From Octopus sinensis (lineage: Eukaryota): DNA of 36,650 bases. This document shows positions 34,421-36,650 of this stretch, one piece after another. Positions within the stretch are counted from its first letter, which is position 1, and every line of letters begins with the position of its first letter. Below the pieces are notes generated by a model. It was not told the DNA's origin. It was given only the letters and a program-made list of their open reading frames with translations, and ran no database searches. Location of the stretch: NCBI RefSeq assembly GCF_006345805.1, contig NW_021824683.1:1-36650 (forward strand), written 5' to 3'. Both the position numbers and the translations under genes were made by a program.

Positions 34421-34819
34421 TATGCAGGCACATACATTGTACACTCTAAACAAGAAAGAGGACAACGAGTACTCAATACGGATAGTAGAGTCATATTTCA
34501 TTTATTGGAAGCTGAGTACTTCACAAATTGCTACTCCGAATTTCCCGTTTCTGATCTGGGTGTGAGTTTTATCCTTTCGTTATGAAGGCCGTACTCGTGT
34601 TAGAGCTTTCGAGAGAGATGGAATTCAAAGAAGAAATTATCCTCAAGCCGATGGCCGAGTTTGAATCCTTGTAAAAGAGTTCTTGCAAAAGGCGCCCCAG
34701 ATGACAGGTAGTGGTGTTAAAGAAAGCAACGGGTTAAGTTTACCACACAATGTAGGCTGTGGCCAGATTTGAACTCAGAATGCATACAAGCTCTGCCAAC
34801 CTATCACCTCGGATTGGCA

Positions 34820-34946
34820 CTTTTTTATTATTTACCCGAGAAAGTTGAAAAGCAAAGTAAAGTTCACCTTGAATTCAGAACGCAAAGAAACGGAACTAAT
34901 ACCACGAAGCATTCTATCTGACGCTCTAACGATTCTTCCAACCTGC
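34820..34946 (-). mobile_element. Degraded SINE family B-related fragment
   Basis: GAATTCAGAACG...CTAACGATTCTTCCAACCTGCCT resembles the reverse-complemented family B head. Confidence 0.45.
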
Positions 34947-34983
34947 CTATATATGTATGTATTTATGTATACATACATACATG

Positions 34984-35031
<48 letters not shown>

Positions 35032-35054
35032 TATATATATAATATATATAAATA

Positions 35055-35296
35055 CAGTGTACAATTAAACACATACGAGATGGCCATAACAGGACATCTG
35101 ACCCGCTAGAAGGAGTAGTTAAACTCCAAACACTATTAAGGGTAATTTCGGAAGGGAATGAAAAATAAAAACATTTACCCTCTATTTTTCATTCCCTTTC
35201 AAAATTACCCCTAATAGTGGTGTAGAGATAAACTACTCCTTCTAGCGGGTCAGATGTCCTGTTATGGCCATCTCTTATGTGTTTAAATGTATACTG
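35055..35296. mobile_element. Fold-back MITE with TA target duplication (Tc1/mariner-type)
   Basis: TA|CAGTGTACAATTAAACAC ... GTGTTTAAATGTATACTG|TA, with ~110 bp imperfect inverted arms. Confidence 0.75.
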
Positions 35297-35401
35297 TATT
35301 TTTATATGAATAATATATAGTCTATTGACTAGTTTTTTCTTCTCGCTAGACCACTGGTAGCAGAGAAATTTTCTTTTTTTGTCTTTTTTTGCTACACTGA
35401 A

Positions 35402-35432
<31 letters not shown>

Positions 35433-35546
35433 CACGCACATACATTTCACTTTTGTATTTGGTTTGCAAGATTCTTTGTGAATTCGTATGTTGAAGCATA
35501 TTTTATTGTGTCTGGGAAAGTCATTCTGTTTTAATGCCTTATTAAT

Positions 35547-35548
<2 letters not shown>

Positions 35549-35641
<93 letters not shown>
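35549..35641. repeat. (CT)n microsatellite
   Basis: Direct reading of the tandem units. Confidence 0.95.
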
Positions 35642-35643
<2 letters not shown>

Positions 35644-35757
35644 TAATGATCTCAAGTACGTCATCCATCTTTTCTCCATCATTCACTAATAAGTTCTACC
35701 TTGGAGAAATTTGATAAAAGTAATATTGTCACCCTTGACATTAACAGTTTTCCACAG

Positions 35758-35900
35758 TGCATATAAAGGGTATCTCCTATCAAAACTACCCGCAATGAAC
35801 TCCAGGTGTCTCATATCTCTTCTATCAGTAACCATCGCCGTATATGTTGACGGAGCTCTTTCTGTTCCCCTGTCTATAAACTCTGGCCATTCTAGCAGAT
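35758..35900 (+). CDS. Candidate host exon: 5'UTR plus start of a secreted protein (signal peptide-like)
   Basis: Acceptor TTTTCCACAG| at 35757. ATG at 35795 (CCCGCAATG) encodes MNSRCLISLLSVTIAVYVDGALSVPLSINSGHSSR. Phase-1 donor T|GTGAGT at 35901. No homolog recognised. Confidence 0.4.
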
Positions 35901-36650
35901 GTGAGTGCAATATGCATTGTGTGCTTCACCTGTGTGCTTTTCCTGTCGTAGACGACGGATGAGAGTCCCGCAACTCCTGGCTAAACAACTGATTTGTTTT
36001 ATAATGATCAAATGCTTCTGCTGTACTCTATCTTACTCCCTCCATTAAACCGACACTGCATGTACAAATGCACAGAGTGCCACATGTAAGATGTCGAAAA
36101 GATCGCAGAGCAACTGGAAATGAATCGTTTTGCTCAAGAACCCAACGCACCGCCCGATACAAGAACCGAAATCACGATCTTAATATCGTGAATGCAAATG
36201 CTTAACCACTTGGCCATATTGTAAAGAATCAAAAATGGTTTTGGTCTGAAAAATGCTAGTCGTTGGGATTTGGTCCTTGCTATCCAAAATATGTAAAACA
36301 CCATCGTATAAGTAGCACACAGCTGAAGCCCTCACAATTTCTCAAATTGTTGACTCTCACTATGATAGCGGACTTCTTCAGGAGAAAGTACTGCAGCCCA
36401 ATGGTTATTATTTTCATCCCCCAATATATATTCATATTCTACAAAATTCAGGTGAAACCCTCAATGGATACTGCACTCACATTTTCTATAATAGCCTCTG
36501 CTCCTTTAAGATTGTTGAACTCATGCCTCGCTCCACTTAGACATTCCCATCTCACTCATTACTTTTGCTGTGTCCAACCCCACCAGGCCCACAGTAATCA
36601 CAACACTTTAGCCTTCTTTCCCAGAATGTTGGTGTTTTGGAATTCCCCCT

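Overview
Repeat-dominated, AT-rich eukaryotic DNA. The mix of tRNA-derived SINEs, (TA/TATAC/GATA/CT)n microsatellites and Penelope-type termini suggests an octopod cephalopod genome (inference, not verified). The main feature is a 6.75 kb canonical Helitron (A|TC at 12547 to hairpin+CTAG|T at 19297) with a complete RepHel reading path (13673-18478). The lesions that could be located by eye are 1-bp indels, mostly in short homopolymer runs, so the element may be intact in vivo. It sits among relatives: a head-to-head copy of its own 5' end forming a ~540 bp palindrome, a further 5' fragment, and two ~395 bp non-autonomous elements that share its 3' hairpin but have a different 5' end. Two Penelope-like terminal fragments each carry a minimal type I hammerhead ribozyme fold, one with a compensatory G3-C8 core swap. 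Also present: many SINE copies (with tail swapping), several MITEs, a piggyBac 5' end, and one candidate host exon encoding a signal peptide (35758-35900). Almost all other ORFs in the supplied track are microsatellite artefacts. All calls were made by eye, without database searches.
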